Below are positions 48,746-61,974 of a stretch of DNA of 64,000 nt, one piece after another. Numbering within the stretch: position 1 is the first letter of the stretch; every line of letters starts with the position of its first letter. This DNA comes from Octopus sinensis (taxonomy: Eukaryota), in the NCBI RefSeq assembly GCF_006345805.1, contig NC_043013.1:16926001-16990000 (forward strand), written 5' to 3'. The position numbers were made by a program, and so were the translations under genes. The notes beneath the pieces are model-generated. The model ran no database searches, was not told the origin of the DNA, and saw nothing but the letters and a program-made list of their open reading frames with translations.

Positions 48746-51700
48746 TTCTTAAATAAAAACTATGATTGTACAAATATATGCAAATTTATTCTTAGCATGT
48801 CTAGGCAGGTTCAGACACAAAATATGCTGGTCGCTGTAGTATATGTCTTAGGAGAATAACTTCACTCTTTTATGAGATCAGTGTGTTCAAACACACTTGT
48901 CTCATTGGCACACAGCATTTTGTGATCCCTGATGTTTCAACATGAATCTTGTCAACCAAAAATGGTCAGAAATCTTGAGACAAACCAAAGTCACTGGCTT
49001 TATTTGAATTATGATGGTTATAATTTAAAAAGGATGTGTTTGTATCACAGAAAGGAAACAGTCACAGGTAGATTAGTACTCAAAAAGTTCAAAGTGGGAC
49101 ACAATGTAAATCAACAAGTGAATCCAAAGACACAGTCTTCAATGATGCATTAACATTAAAAATAAGATAGAAAATAAATTCTAAGAAATGTTGGACACAA
49201 CCTAGACAAGTAGAACGTATTTTAGAGCTGGTGTCAAGAGTAGAGAAAAGTAAAAATTCAACATGGAATATATTAACTCCACATGGTTATTTAAATTTTT
49301 ATTTTACTTGTACTAAGGATGGTTGTTACCTGTGTGTGTGTGTGTATGTATGTATGTGTGTGTGTCTCTCTGTGTCTATATATATATCATATTTATCATC
49401 AAGATCATTTAGCATTCACTTTTCCATTGATCAGATGGAATATGTTGAGGCAGATTTTCTGTGGTTGGATACTGTTCTTGTTGTCAACCCTCACCTGTTT
49501 CAAAGGAAAGTAATATTTTCCTACAATCAGATGTATTTTTCACAGAGAACTGGAAACAAACAATTTCACTTGTATGACAAGAGTGCACACTCACACACAT
49601 CATCACCAACATTTAACATCTGTTTTCCATGCTGGCATGGGTTAGATGGTTTGATAAGAACTAACAAGGCCAGAGACAGCACCAGGTTCCATAGTCTGTT
49701 TTGGTTTGGTTTCTATGGCTTAATGCCCTTCCTTACGCCAACCACTTTACAGAGTGTACTGGGTGCTTTTTACATGGCACCATCACCAGTGATTTTTTAC
49801 ATAGCACCAGCACTAAAGCTTTTTACATAGCACCTTGATTTTAGGATCTTAATTCTGTTGTGATGGGCAGGTGTTGGCTTCTATTAATTTCCATCTACCA
49901 AATCCTTTGAGCAACCCTGGGCTATAGCAGATGACACTTGCCCAAAATGTCACACAGTGGAACTGAATCGGAGACTCTGTTTGAGAAACAAGCTTCTTAA
50001 CCACACAGCCAGGCCTGCACCATCTTAGGAAGCAATAACATTTCTAGTAGGCGTACAGTGAAATATATTGTTAAAGATAAAAGCGATGGTGGTACCTTTC
50101 TTTCTTGCTTGCTTTCAATACAGATACATAAAGCTCTGGATTTTCCTAAAGAAATTATAGAATGCAACTTGAATGCTTTTATCTTGCTTTTGGTGTTGTT
50201 GCCTAGTACAGGATGACAATACATAAAACACAAAGATAGCAGTATTCAATCATCTCCTTAGGAAAATCCTGACTTTTATATATCTCATATAAATAATGAA
50301 AGACAGAAAAGATACCTTCATCTTCTGATTTATCTATTTTTCATTTCAAATATACATTAGTAGGTGACAAACTGGCAGAACCGTTAGCACACCAGACAAA
50401 ATGCTTAGCAGCATTTCATTTGTCTTTATGCTCTGAGTTCAAATACCTATTTCTTTATTACCCACAAGGGGCTAAACATAGAGGGAACAAACAAGGACAG
50501 ACATAGGTATTAAGTCGATTACATCGACCCCCCAGTGCGTAACTGGTACTTAATTTATCGACCCCAAACGGATGAAAGGCAAAGTCAACCTCGGCGGAAT
50601 TTGAACTCACAACGTAACGACGGACGAAATACCGCTAAGCGTTTTGCCTGGCGTGTCCAATAAACACCTTCCTCACCAAGCAAGCTTGGTGGGGTTGCCC
50701 ATTTAGTCTCCGATGGCCCGACCATGCAACAGATTGTACTGGGTTACATGTTACCAGTAGCACTCAAAAGTGACCTAACATAATAAAAAATATATATAAT
50801 CATACATACATACAAACAATAAAGACATTAAGAAGAGCTCAACACATATTCCTCTCAATATCTCTGTAAACAAACACACACATACGATGAATAACTAATG
50901 TGTGACAAGTGAGGAGACCTATTAATCCAAACAGTTCAGCTTTGATTACAGTTGCTAACCTCACCAACGTCACTCTTGCATTAAAACTTACGTCAGCATG
51001 CATACACACATATAGGTATTTACATACACACACACATATACAAACATAATATAATAATGTGGTAAGCTGGTTGGTATTATTTATGTAATGACGTAAGGGG
51101 CTGTTAAGTTTGCTCTCTGTCACCAATGTAACATGGCATACAGTTATATAGAAGGAAAAAAAGCAAACAGACATGTGCCCAGAGTAAATATTCAGGGTAG
51201 GCAGGAGGCGTTAATAAAGTCATTTGCTAACGAAAGACCTCTTCTGTATGAAAGAATATCATCATCATCATCATCATCATTTAGCGTCCGTTTTCCATGC
51301 TAGCATGGGTTGGACGGTTTAACTGGGGTCTGTGAAGCCGGAAGGCTTCATCAGGCCCAGTCAGATTTGGCAGTGTTTCTACGGCTGGATGCCCTTCTGG
51401 CAACTAAAAATAGTTACAGATGTAAATATGTGTGTGTGTGTGTGGTGTGTGTGTGTGTGTTAGGGAGGTATATGTGCATTCATGTGTATGGGTGTGTACA
51501 TGTGTGTGTGGGGGGCAGGTATATATGCATTCTTGTGCATGTGTGCACATGCATATGCATGCCTGTGAATGTATGTGTGAGGTTGTGTACATTGAGGTAT
51601 ATGTGCATTCCCCTGTGTGTGCGTGTGTATGTATGTACGTGTATATATGTGTGTGTAGGTATAGCTGTGTGGTTAAGAAGCTTTCTTTGCAACCATGTAC

Positions 51701-51848
51701 GTTTTGGGTTCATTCCCATTATGCAGCACCTTGGGCAAGTGCCTTGTACTATAGCTCCAGGTTGTAAATGAGTTTTGTAAATGAAACTATATGTAATATG
51801 CGTATCTTTGTGCAACCCCTGTCACCAATTTTCGACTGGTGTTGGTTT

Positions 51849-52062
51849 AAAAATAGAAATAATACATTTCTAAGTCTCTCAGAGAGATTTATGCAATCGC
51901 AGCACGAAAAAGCGATGGTATGTTGTCAACTTAATGTGACAGTCCCATAAAAGGGAAATGTGTCAAATCCAACAGCAAATAGTGTTTCCTAGGGCTAAAT
52001 AACAGTAGCATTCTTCCCTGTATGGGACTGCCACATTAAGTTAACAACATACTATCACTTTA
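51849..52062. mobile_element. 214-bp insertion with 12-bp TSD and internal ~40-bp inverted repeat
   Basis: TSD tggtgttggttt at 51837-51848 and 52063-52074. IR 51912-51949 / 52021-52058 matches at 34/38. Confidence 0.7.
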
Positions 52063-52129
52063 TGGTGTTGGTTTGTTTACATCCATGCAGCTTAGTGGTT
52101 AAGCAAGAGACCAACAGAATAAGTACAAG

Positions 52130-52485
52130 ACTTGGTGTCTTCTACTATAGCCTCAGGCCGACCAAAGCCTTGTGAGTGGATTTGGTAGACAGAAACTGAA
52201 AGAAGCCTGTCGTATATATGTATATATATGTATGTATGTATATATATGTATGTATGTGTGTGTATATGTTTGTGTGTCTGTGTTTGTCCCCCTAACATCG
52301 CTTAACAACCGATGCTGGTGTGTTTACATCCCTGTCACTTAGCAGTTCGGCTAAAGAGACCAATAGAATAAGTACTAAGCTTACAAAGAATAAGTCCTGG
52401 GGTCGATTTGCTCGACTAAAAGTGGTGCTCCAGCATGGCCACAGTCAAATGACTGAAACAAATAAAAGAGAGTAAAAGAGTATAC
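52130..52485 (+). mobile_element. CORE-type SINE (OR-like), 5'-truncated or chimeric
   Basis: Body and tail of the same family as 8095-8520, joined to a tail fragment upstream. Confidence 0.8.
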
Positions 52486-53977
52486 CAGGCAATGGATTCG
52501 AATCTAAGATTACAAGGTTGTGAACAGGGACTTCTTAACAACACAGCCATGCTTTCTACCTTCATTGGTTCATCCTATGTAAAATGGTACTTGGTACAAC
52601 AGAAGAAGCATCATTCTCTCCCAAACTGGTGCTTTCAGTTTCAATAAATACTGATTTTCTTGTAGCCACAAGGGCAAAGAATGAGCACATTACGATACAC
52701 TGTAGAGTGGGGAGGAGAAAAAAGAATGTCTGTAAATACATCTTTTTTTAGTTATATATAAATGTGTTTATATTTCTATCTAATTTGTTTTAGATTTTTT
52801 TCCCCCTTCTTTCACTTTGGGAGGAATGAGGGTGTGCAGATTTTTTTCTTTTATTTTTTTGTTCTTCTTTTCATGCTTTGATGGTTTCTGTTAATCTTCC
52901 ATTTGTCTGGTCAAACATTGGTTTACATTAGACAACAAACCTCTCCACTTTAAACAATATTTTGGTGCCTCTGTCTGTGCAGGGTGAGTTTTTGCTTATC
53001 AGCCACCTCTCTCCACACATACAAACTGATGCATACATACCTTCTTTCTTTCTTTATTTCTCTCTCTTCCAACAGTCTTTTCTTCCCCCCTCTCTCTCTC
53101 TCTGCCCCTTCCCCTTTCCTTGATCACCAGTGAATTGTCCAAGGAACATTGATCTTTACTCTGACTTTACAGCTCTTCCTCTCTTCCCCACCAGCTCCAC
53201 ACATATATATGAGAGACAAACGTATATATATTCACACACACACACACACATACGCCTTTACATATTTGTTTCATTCCTTTCATTCGAATAAGTGCTTGTC
53301 TCTTTCTTTCTCTCCCCCTCCTCACTACCCACACCTTTGTTTCCTCTTTCCCCTGCCCCAATTATTCAATGCCAGCCAAATGTCCACATCCTTTCATCGT
53401 TAGTTCTCAGAGGAACCAGAATCCAAAATTTACCATTCAACCATGAAGATGATGGATGGCTTGGAGATAGGTAGACAGATGAATAGATATTACATTATAT
53501 ATATATATATATACATACATACATACATACATAGAGAGAAAGAAAGAGGACAGACAGACAGTAGACAGACTCTAAGAGGAAGAGAGACATATGTATATCA
53601 ATAGAAAAAACAGATGAAGCAAGACAAGAAGAATTAAAGAACAAAAATGCATCAGAATAAGAGATTAAATGAATATAAGAATAGAAGAAATACATGAAGG
53701 AACTCTTAAAGAAGTAATATTAAACATTAACAAAGTTTGACTTTTTCAAAACAATAAATACTTCTTATATTTGTGTCTGTTTTCATAGACATTAGTCACA
53801 CACTATACATACATTGCATATATTGGAATGTGTGTGTTTGTGTGCGTGATCCTATTATACACTTCCTAGAACATTCCTTCTCTCTCTCTCATATACACAC
53901 TCAGCCATACGTATACCAGTGAAATGTATGTATACATACAGTGGCAAGTGTGAGTGTATGTGTGCATGTGCACACAC

Positions 53978-54160
53978 ACAAGGGCGGGCTGAAAAGTTCA
54001 TAGGCCAACCATGAAGGAGTGATGTTGGACCCTTCTTCTTAATGAGCACATTGTTTCTCTCCAGGTAAACTGACATCTGACTGTTCAAAGGAAACTTCAG
54101 AAGTAACTAGAAGTGACTTCTTTTGAAAATGGACCAAATTTGGCATCATGATATTTCAAC
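53978..54160 (+). mobile_element. Mariner-like 5' end remnant
   Basis: TIR-like 'agggcgggctgaaaagttcatagg' followed by ATG GAC CAA ATT TGG CAT. Confidence 0.5.
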
Positions 54161-54707
54161 CTAGGCACGGTCATGGCCGTGTGGTTAGGGAGCTTGCTTC
54201 CTAGCTACATGGTTTCGGGTTCAGTCCCACCGCGTGGCACTTTGGAAAAGTGTCTTCTGCTATAGCCCCAGGCTGACCGAAGCTTTGTGATTGAATTCGG
54301 TAGGCAGAAGTTACTGCCGTGTGTGTATGTGTGCGTGTAGGTGCGTACGCTTATGAGTACATTGTATGTATCTGTATGTGTGCTTGTAATATCATTTTAC
54401 ACCCGTCTTCCATGCTGGCATGAGTTGGATGGTTCAAAAGGATCTGACCAATCAGAGAATTGTGTCATGAAAGTATGTATACATACATATACACTGAGAC
54501 ATAATTTATGTATAAATGAGCATACACTATGTGTATGTCTGTGTATATATACATATATGTGCTTAAATATATATATATATATCCCCATCATTTGACAGGT
54601 TTTCCATGATAGCATAGGTTAGGTGGTTCAAAAAGAGCAGGCAAATGAGAAGACTGCACCAAACTCCAATGTCTGCTTTGGTATAGATTCTTTGACTGGA
54701 TAAGTTT

Positions 54708-55143
54708 CTTATTTCTAAGGGCTAAACATAGAAGGGACAAACAAGGACAGACAAAGGGATTAAGTCGATTACATTGATCCCAGTGCATAACTGGTACTTT
54801 ATTTAAAGACCCTGAAAGGATGAAAGACAAAGTCGACCTCGGCAGAATTTGAACTCAGAACGTAACGACAGACAAAATACTGCTAAGCATTTCGCCCGGC
54901 ATACTAACGTTTCTTATTTCTTTATTGCCCACAAGGGGCTAAACATAAAGGGGGACAAACAAGGGCAGACAAATGGATTAAGTTGATTACATCGACCCCA
55001 GTGCGTAACTGGTACTTTATCTAAAGACCCTGAAAGGATGAAAGACAAAGTCGACCTTGGTGGAATTTGAACCCGGAACGTAATGACAGACGAAATACGG
55101 CTACGCATTTCACCTGGCGTGTTAACATTTCTGCCAGTTTGCC
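54708..55143 (-). mobile_element. Tandem dimer of the OK-like SINE inserted in an RTE-tail element
   Basis: Two head-to-tail monomers. One flanking repeat gactggataagtttctta / gactggataaccttctta (16/18). Confidence 0.8.
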
Positions 55144-55801
55144 GACTGGATAACCTTCTTAATGCCAGACAGACACTTTACAGAATGTACTGGATGCTTT
55201 TTTTACATGGAGCTTGCACTTGTGAGGTCACCAAGTAACCCACAAGACAAGACTCCTCAATTGAGGTGGGAAGTAGAATAAAGGGAGATGATTTTATAAT
55301 GCAACAAGAGGATAAGAACAGGTGTTTTGCTGTAGGGAAAGATATGGTTACCACAGCTGGGAAGGAAAGAAGACAGCAGTAAAGCTGCATCAAGTTAGGG
55401 TTGAGTGATATGGGCAGGTAAATCAGTTTGTGGGATTGTGAAAGAGCATGCAGATGGCTAGGGATGGCCAGAGAGAAATGCAGTTTGTGGTGAATGAACT
55501 GGAAGCACACACACACACACACACACATATACATATTATATATACATCATATATACACACGCATATTATATACCTTTTTATCTTTCATCTTTTATTTGTT
55601 TCAATCAGTAGAGTGCAGCCATGCTAGGGTACGACTTTGAACAGTTTAGATGCAGAAATCAACCCAAATAGTTATGTTTTTTTTAAAGCCTGGTAATTAT
55701 TCAATTAGATTGTTTTGCTGAACTACAAAGTTACAGGGATGTAAACAAACCAACACCAGTTGCCATGTAGTGGTGCAGGGCAAATACAACACAAATATAC
55801 A

Positions 55802-55870
<69 letters not shown>

Positions 55871-56617
55871 ATATAAATAAGGATAAGATCGTAATTTAAA
55901 ATAAAATAACGATCTTTTCAAGTGGCCAGCATGGAAAAAATAACCTTCAAAGGTAATAATTATTAAAATTACAAATAAGGGTATCTATGAGATACCATCA
56001 TGCTGAAAATAGCAGCCATGATCTGACTCTAAAACCACCTTAAGTGTCCATATAGCAATACGGAGAGAAGACAAAAATTATCCAGTAACTTTTTACTAGT
56101 TTCATCTTGAGAGAGAACTCAGTGTAAATCCAAAAAAATATTCACAGGACAAACATTCAATAAAATAACTGGTTTTACTCACACTTTAGAAAGTTTCCAT
56201 TGAATTAACAACCTCATCAGTGAGAAGAATGACAGAAATATATTCACCTATTCAAGACAATTCCTAAAACTGTTTTGTCAATTTTTGGTAAAATAGACTC
56301 CACCAGAGAATGGAAAAGTGTCGTGAATACACCAACATTTTTATCATTAAATATCATTTCTTTTCACTGATGACATTAGTTAATCTATTCAAAAGGGTAA
56401 AGCTACAGTTATATGAAGTTTCACATTCTGTGCATGTATTATAAATTCTAAAGATGAAGGAACTCATTGTGGAAGACATACGACTCTAAGGAATTCTTGA
56501 GTCATTTGACGGAAGAGCCCAATGTATAACAACATGGAAAACAGACATAAAATGATGATGATATACAGACATACCAATATATATATGTATACACACACAT
56601 ATGTGCATGTATGTGTT

Positions 56618-56679
<62 letters not shown>

Positions 56680-57439
56680 CACATACTTAAATACACATAC
56701 ACACACACAGAGAAATGTACATGCATGTAAGTAACAATGCAAAACAGAAACATATACAAAAAATGAATAAAGAAAAGCAAAAAATTTTTGTAAATGAATT
56801 GTTAAGATAAAGGAATCCATTGCATAAAAAGTGTAACTCCAGGGAATTGATGGAATGGTGAAAGTAACGCATAAAGAAATTGGTCAATGTAAGGAGCAGA
56901 AGACAATATCAGAATGGTTTAGCTTAAAGCACTTCAAAAGAGAAGCAGGTCAAAAGAAGGAAGAATTCCATGACTCAGACCTAACAAGCAAACCTACTGC
57001 TATAGATCTGATGAAGTCCTATGACTTGAAGGTTGGGGTAGTGAGCTGTTGGTGTCTTGATTCTAATAAGTCCAAATCCTTACTACAAGCAATCATCATC
57101 ATTACTTATCACCCACTTTTCCATGCTTGCACAAGTCAGATGAAATTTGTGGAAACAAGTGAGGGTTCATGACAGCAAGGGTATCTGGCCATAGAAAAAT
57201 CTGTTTCCAAGCAAAGTAATATTTTCTATTTTCCTGTAGCTAAACATTTTTCACAGAAGGCAGGAAATGAAGGGCCTTACATGATATAGTAGAAGATACT
57301 GGCCTAAGGAGCCACACAATGAGACTGAATCTGGAACTATATGGTTGGGAAGCAAACTTCTGACCACAGTCATGCCTGTTAACAAGGGTTAAATAATGGC
57401 AGTGCTAGATATACAAAATAACAGTATAGTGGGGTGCAA

Positions 57440-57930
57440 AGAGCACCATACGAGTGTGATTGTTGACAGAGCGGCTAACCGGCTTCTGTGCCAGTGACAC
57501 ATAAAAGGGCACCATTCGAGTGTGATCGTTACCAGCGTCGCCTTACTGGAACTTGTGCCCGTGCTAGTAGGGTGCCAAGAGCACTATCCGAGTGTAATCG
57601 TTGCCAGAGCAGCCAACTGGCTTCTGTGCCGGTGGCACGTAAAAGGACACCACTTGAGCATGATCGCTACCAATGTTGCCAGTGGCATGTGTAAAAAGAT
57701 TCGAGCAAGGTCATTGCTAGTACTACCTGACTGGCCCCTTTGCCGGTGGCATGTAAAAAGCACCCACTACACTCTCGGAGTGGTTGGCGTTAGGAAGGGC
57801 ATCCAGCTGTAGAAACTCTGCCAGATCAAGATTGGAGCCTGGTGCAGCCATCTGGTTCACCAGCCCTCAGTCAAAATCGTCCAACCCATGCTAGCATGGA
57901 AAGCAGACGTTAAACGATGATGATGATGAA
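57440..57930 (+). mobile_element. Long RTE-tail element with reiterated stem-loop units
   Basis: Multiple 'tgccggtggcacgtaaaa' units, the ccatgctagcatgg palindrome and a (GAT)n tail. Confidence 0.8.
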
Positions 57931-58552
57931 CAGTGTGATCACTATTGAAGCACTTTTGATCATAAGTTTGTTCCAATTTGATTCTCAGTTTAAACAACAC
58001 TTGGGGGTCTTATTGAAAATTGCATGGTTTCAGCTTATCCCACCACTGGCACTGTGGGAAAGTGTCTTCTGCAATAGATAGACCCAGATCAATTGACTCT
58101 TTTTTTTTCAGCTGTCACATCCTCAATGCTGCAGGGGCACAAAGGGGAGATGGCCAAAATGATGTTTATGTGTGCTCATAACTGCACAGAGTCAATAAAA
58201 CAACAAAAGCTTGGTACATGTTATCAGGTCTGTTGTACTTGTTTCTAGGTGATGTATATGATCGGGTTATATCATAGTTGTAAAATGTTGTGCTGAGAGG
58301 TCAAAAGCAAAAATAAACAAATATCTTGGGCAATTGTATTTTATTATAGCCTTGGGCCAACCAATACCTTGTGAGTGAACGGTAAATGAAAACTGAAAGA
58401 AGCTTGTCACACACACACACACACACACATATACATACATGTCTGTATGTGTGTCTTTGTGTTTATTTGTCCCTTACCATTGCTTGACAGCTGGTGTTGG
58501 TTTGTTTACGTCACTGGGCAGTTTAACAAAAGAGCAGTGACACATGAAAAGC

Positions 58553-58972
58553 ACCTATTTCTTTACTACCCACAAAGGGCTAAACACAGAGGGAACAAAC
58601 ACGGACAGACAAACGGATTAAGTCGATTATATGAACCCCAATGCATAACTGGTACTTATTTAATCGACCCTGAAAGGATGAAAGGCAAAGTCAACCTCAG
58701 CAGAATTTGAACTCAGAACGTAGCGGCAGAGGAAATACCTATTTCTTTACTACCGACAAGGGGCTAAACACAGTGGAGATAAACAAGGACAGACAAACGG
58801 ATTAAGTCGATTATTTCGACCCCAGTGCGTAGCTGGTACTTATTTAATCGACCCTGAAAGGATGAAAGGCAAAGTCGACCTCGGCTGAATTTGAACTCAG
58901 AACGTAACGGCAGCTGAAATACTGCTAAGCATTTCGCCAGGCATGCTAACAATTCTGCCAGCTTGCCGCCTT
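58553..58972 (-). mobile_element. Tandem or nested pair of OK-like SINEs
   Basis: Junction 'gaggaaatac|ctatttctttactacc' at ~58738. Confidence 0.85.
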
Positions 58973-59794
58973 TTGAGCACTGGGCCTCACGAAAGCAATG
59001 TGGCCAATGCTGGTGTCGTGGAACTACCAACCGTGCCAGTGACACGTGATTGAGTGCTAGGCCTCATGGAGGCAATGGCAAGTGACCAAGACCTTTGGCA
59101 ATATGTTGTTCTCGAAAAAGAAGATCCGTCAAGCCAGGTGAAATCATAGTCATGGCAGATACTGGTCATGCAACTGGCACCAGTGCCAATGGCATGCAAA
59201 AGCACCCATTACACTCTCAGAGTGGTTGGCATTAGAAAGGACATCCAGCAGTAGAAACCATGCGAAATCAGACTGGAATCTGATGCAGTTCCTCAGCTTA
59301 CCAGCCCTGGTCAAACCATCCAGCCCATGCCTGCATGGGTAACAGACGTTAAATGATGATGATGATGGCTGATAGAATAGGTACCAGACCGAAAATAAAT
59401 ACTGAAGTGAATTTGTTGAACTAAACCCTTCAAAGCTGCATTCCACTAACTAAAAGAAAGTAATCCAAGTATACGAAACAAAGAATAATAATAAACACTA
59501 CATCAGCTAATGACATATTTGTAAAAGCATGAGGTCTACCCAATTTAAAAAGTCAAGATCATGCTTGGTGGTAGTGGTGGTGGTGGCAGTAATAACAGCA
59601 AGGGTAACAATTGTGCATGTGGTGGTGGCGGTGGCAGTGGTGGGGTGCCCACATTTAGTTGAGTACTGACTTCATGATTTTATGTTAGTTGGAGGTCAAA
59701 TAAGGTTGGTCGGTAGCAGCAGAAATTTCAGAGCTCAGAGAGAAACTACTAAGATCATTGCTCCTACTTACTGCAATTATTTAAAATACCTGCT

Positions 59795-60017
59795 TTAACA
59801 AAGAAACAAAGTTATGAACAATAATATGGAGAGGTTAATGAGATTGACACTGTTCATCAGACCCCCACCAGAGTGTGAAAGGTCACACAGATCTAGGAAT
59901 GCTGAATCAGTGTGTGGGATGTAGTTTACAAAGATTGACTGGTAGGTACAGAGAGGTATGGAGCTTTGATGGCCACTACATGTGTATTTGTATTGGCAAA
60001 GGTCGAGCATGTTAGAG
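59795..60017 (-). CDS. Putative terminal coding exon with Cys-containing segment and GPI/TM-like C-terminus
   Basis: T-rich acceptor ...ttgttataag|C, then 73 codons ending SHSGGGLMNSVNLINLSILLFITLFLC*. Non-repetitive sequence. Confidence 0.45.
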
Positions 60018-60416
60018 CTTATAACAACAACAACAAATAACAAACTATGCCCTTTTTTGTTTGAATCCAGGTCAACTTTGATTCAGCAGACCTGGGATCA
60101 AAAGAATTCTAGCCAAAACATCACATTGTGACCATCCCATTTTCATTTCCTTTTTTTCGCAGGGGAGGAGGTGCAGACATGTTTGTATCTAATGTATCTT
60201 TCTCTTTTAAGATGGAAGAGTGTGCAATTACACTGAGATTTAGCTGCTATTTCTGGAGGCTTGAGTGTCCATACAGAGGCTTAATCTTTGCCTTGTCTTC
60301 CTTGTTATTGTAATTATTAATTTAAATACGAGTGTATGTGGATGCATGCTTACATATGTATGCACACACACAAGCACATGCACAAACTGCAAATGTACAC
60401 ATGCATACATACATAC

Positions 60417-60556
60417 ATATTATGGACTCTCCTGTCATAGATGATAGATGAGGGTTCTGCAATTTCTTGCTTAACAACCCGCTGCGCAGAAGATTTGTTT
60501 ACAGTGATCAAATGCCTACGCTCTACATTAGCCCACCCTGTCCAAATTGCCACTGC
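60417..60556 (-). CDS. Putative internal exon with weak YWTD-blade resemblance
   Basis: AVAIWTGWANVERRHLITVNKSSAQRVVKQEIAEPSSIIYDRRVHN ends in phase 2, compatible with the 60017 exon. The acceptor is weak and the donor sits in an (ATGT)n tract. Confidence 0.3.
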
Positions 60557-60873
60557 CTGTTCAGATGCATGATGCGTCATACATCAGATGTCAAAGTGAT
60601 CATGGGGCAACATAAGATGAAGAGTTTTGCTCAATAACACAATGCATCACCTGGCCCAGGAATCGAAACCACAATCTCGCGATCACCACACCCTAAGCAC
60701 TCAGCCATGCACCCTTACACACCCACACATGACAGGCTCTTTCCAGCTTCTATCTATCAAATCCATTTACAATAATGTGGTCAGCTTTGTGGTTGTAGTA
60801 GAAGATACTTGCCCAAGGTGTCATGAAGCAGGAATGAACATGAGAGCCCATGGTTGGCAAGCAAGATTCTTAA

Positions 60874-61093
60874 CCCTTTCATTACCAGCCTGGCTGAAAC
60901 CGGCTCTGGCTCTGAGTACAAATGTCTTATTTTCATAATTTTTGAATCAAAATCTTCCTGCAAGCCTTAGCCACAATTTATGTTCCTGACATCAGCTTAA
61001 TGATAACTAAGATATTTTACTAAATTCTTTGTTATATTTAAAGTAACTGAAAGAAACACAAAGCATCTCAAAATAAATACAGTAACGAAAAGG
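60874..61093. mobile_element. piggyBac-type MITE inserted in a TTAA inside an OR-like SINE
   Basis: TTAA on both sides (60870-60873 and 61094-61097). Reverse-oriented sister of 4723-4941. Confidence 0.9.
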
Positions 61094-61820
61094 TTAAATT
61101 ACACAGCCACAAAAAGGAAAAGAGAAAACCCATATAAGCTACAATATATATGTATGGGTGTGTGCATGTGTGTGTAGATAGAGATATAGTAATGGAACAG
61201 CTGTAAAATATATTGGTTTCAAATTGTGGCACAAGGCCAGCAATTTAGGGAGAGGAGGTAAGTTGATTACATTGATCTCAGTGCTTGATTGGTGCTTATT
61301 TTATCAACCCCAAGAGGATGAAAGGCAAAGTCAACCTCAGCAGAATTTGAACTCAGAATGTAAAAATAGACGAAATGCTGCTAAGCATTTGACCAGCATG
61401 CTGGTAATTCTGCCAGCTCACTCACTTCGGAGCTGTAAAATACATTAAAAGTATATCTTAACACAATAACAAACATTATCTGATATAGAACTCAATACAC
61501 TGTACAAAGTGTGTGTACACTCACGCACACACACATACACACATGGAAAGCATGCAGAGAGACACAGAACAGCAAGAAGATATAGGGTGTATTTGGTGAA
61601 TAATGGAACTGTCTGTGAATGACTTAATCTAAGACTGCACACAGAACACATTTTATGGATTGGAACAAAGCTTTTATGGAGACACAAACAGAACATGAAA
61701 GAATATCAAACTTCACTTTTAATTCTTTTGTGCGTCCTTTGTGACTACAGAAAATAGGTTTTATGTTAGGTGCTTCTGTGTGTGTGTGTGTGTGTATCTA
61801 TGTATGTGTGTATATATCTA

Positions 61821-61866
<46 letters not shown>

Positions 61867-61938
61867 CACACACACACACACACATAAACACAAAAGTAAA
61901 TATGCATTTGTATGCACCTGCAAGTATGTTATGTATGT

Positions 61939-61974
<36 letters not shown>

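Noticed and set aside
50096-50202. Minus-strand exon candidate NNTKSKIKAFKLH...SKQERK
   Set aside because: Phase-compatible with 44436, but an equally plausible plus-strand pseudo-exon overlaps it and there is no homology. Left unsupported.
52932-53470. Plus-strand micro-exons (NKPLHFKQYFGASVCAG, integrin FG-GAP-like)
   Set aside because: Only a 7-residue resemblance. The following candidate does not continue the repeat and no other integrin exons were seen.
56237-56345. Open frame MIFNDKNVGVFTTLFHSLVESILPKIDKTVLGIVLNR ending at a donor
   Set aside because: No in-frame acceptor (a stop lies immediately upstream) and no recognised homology.
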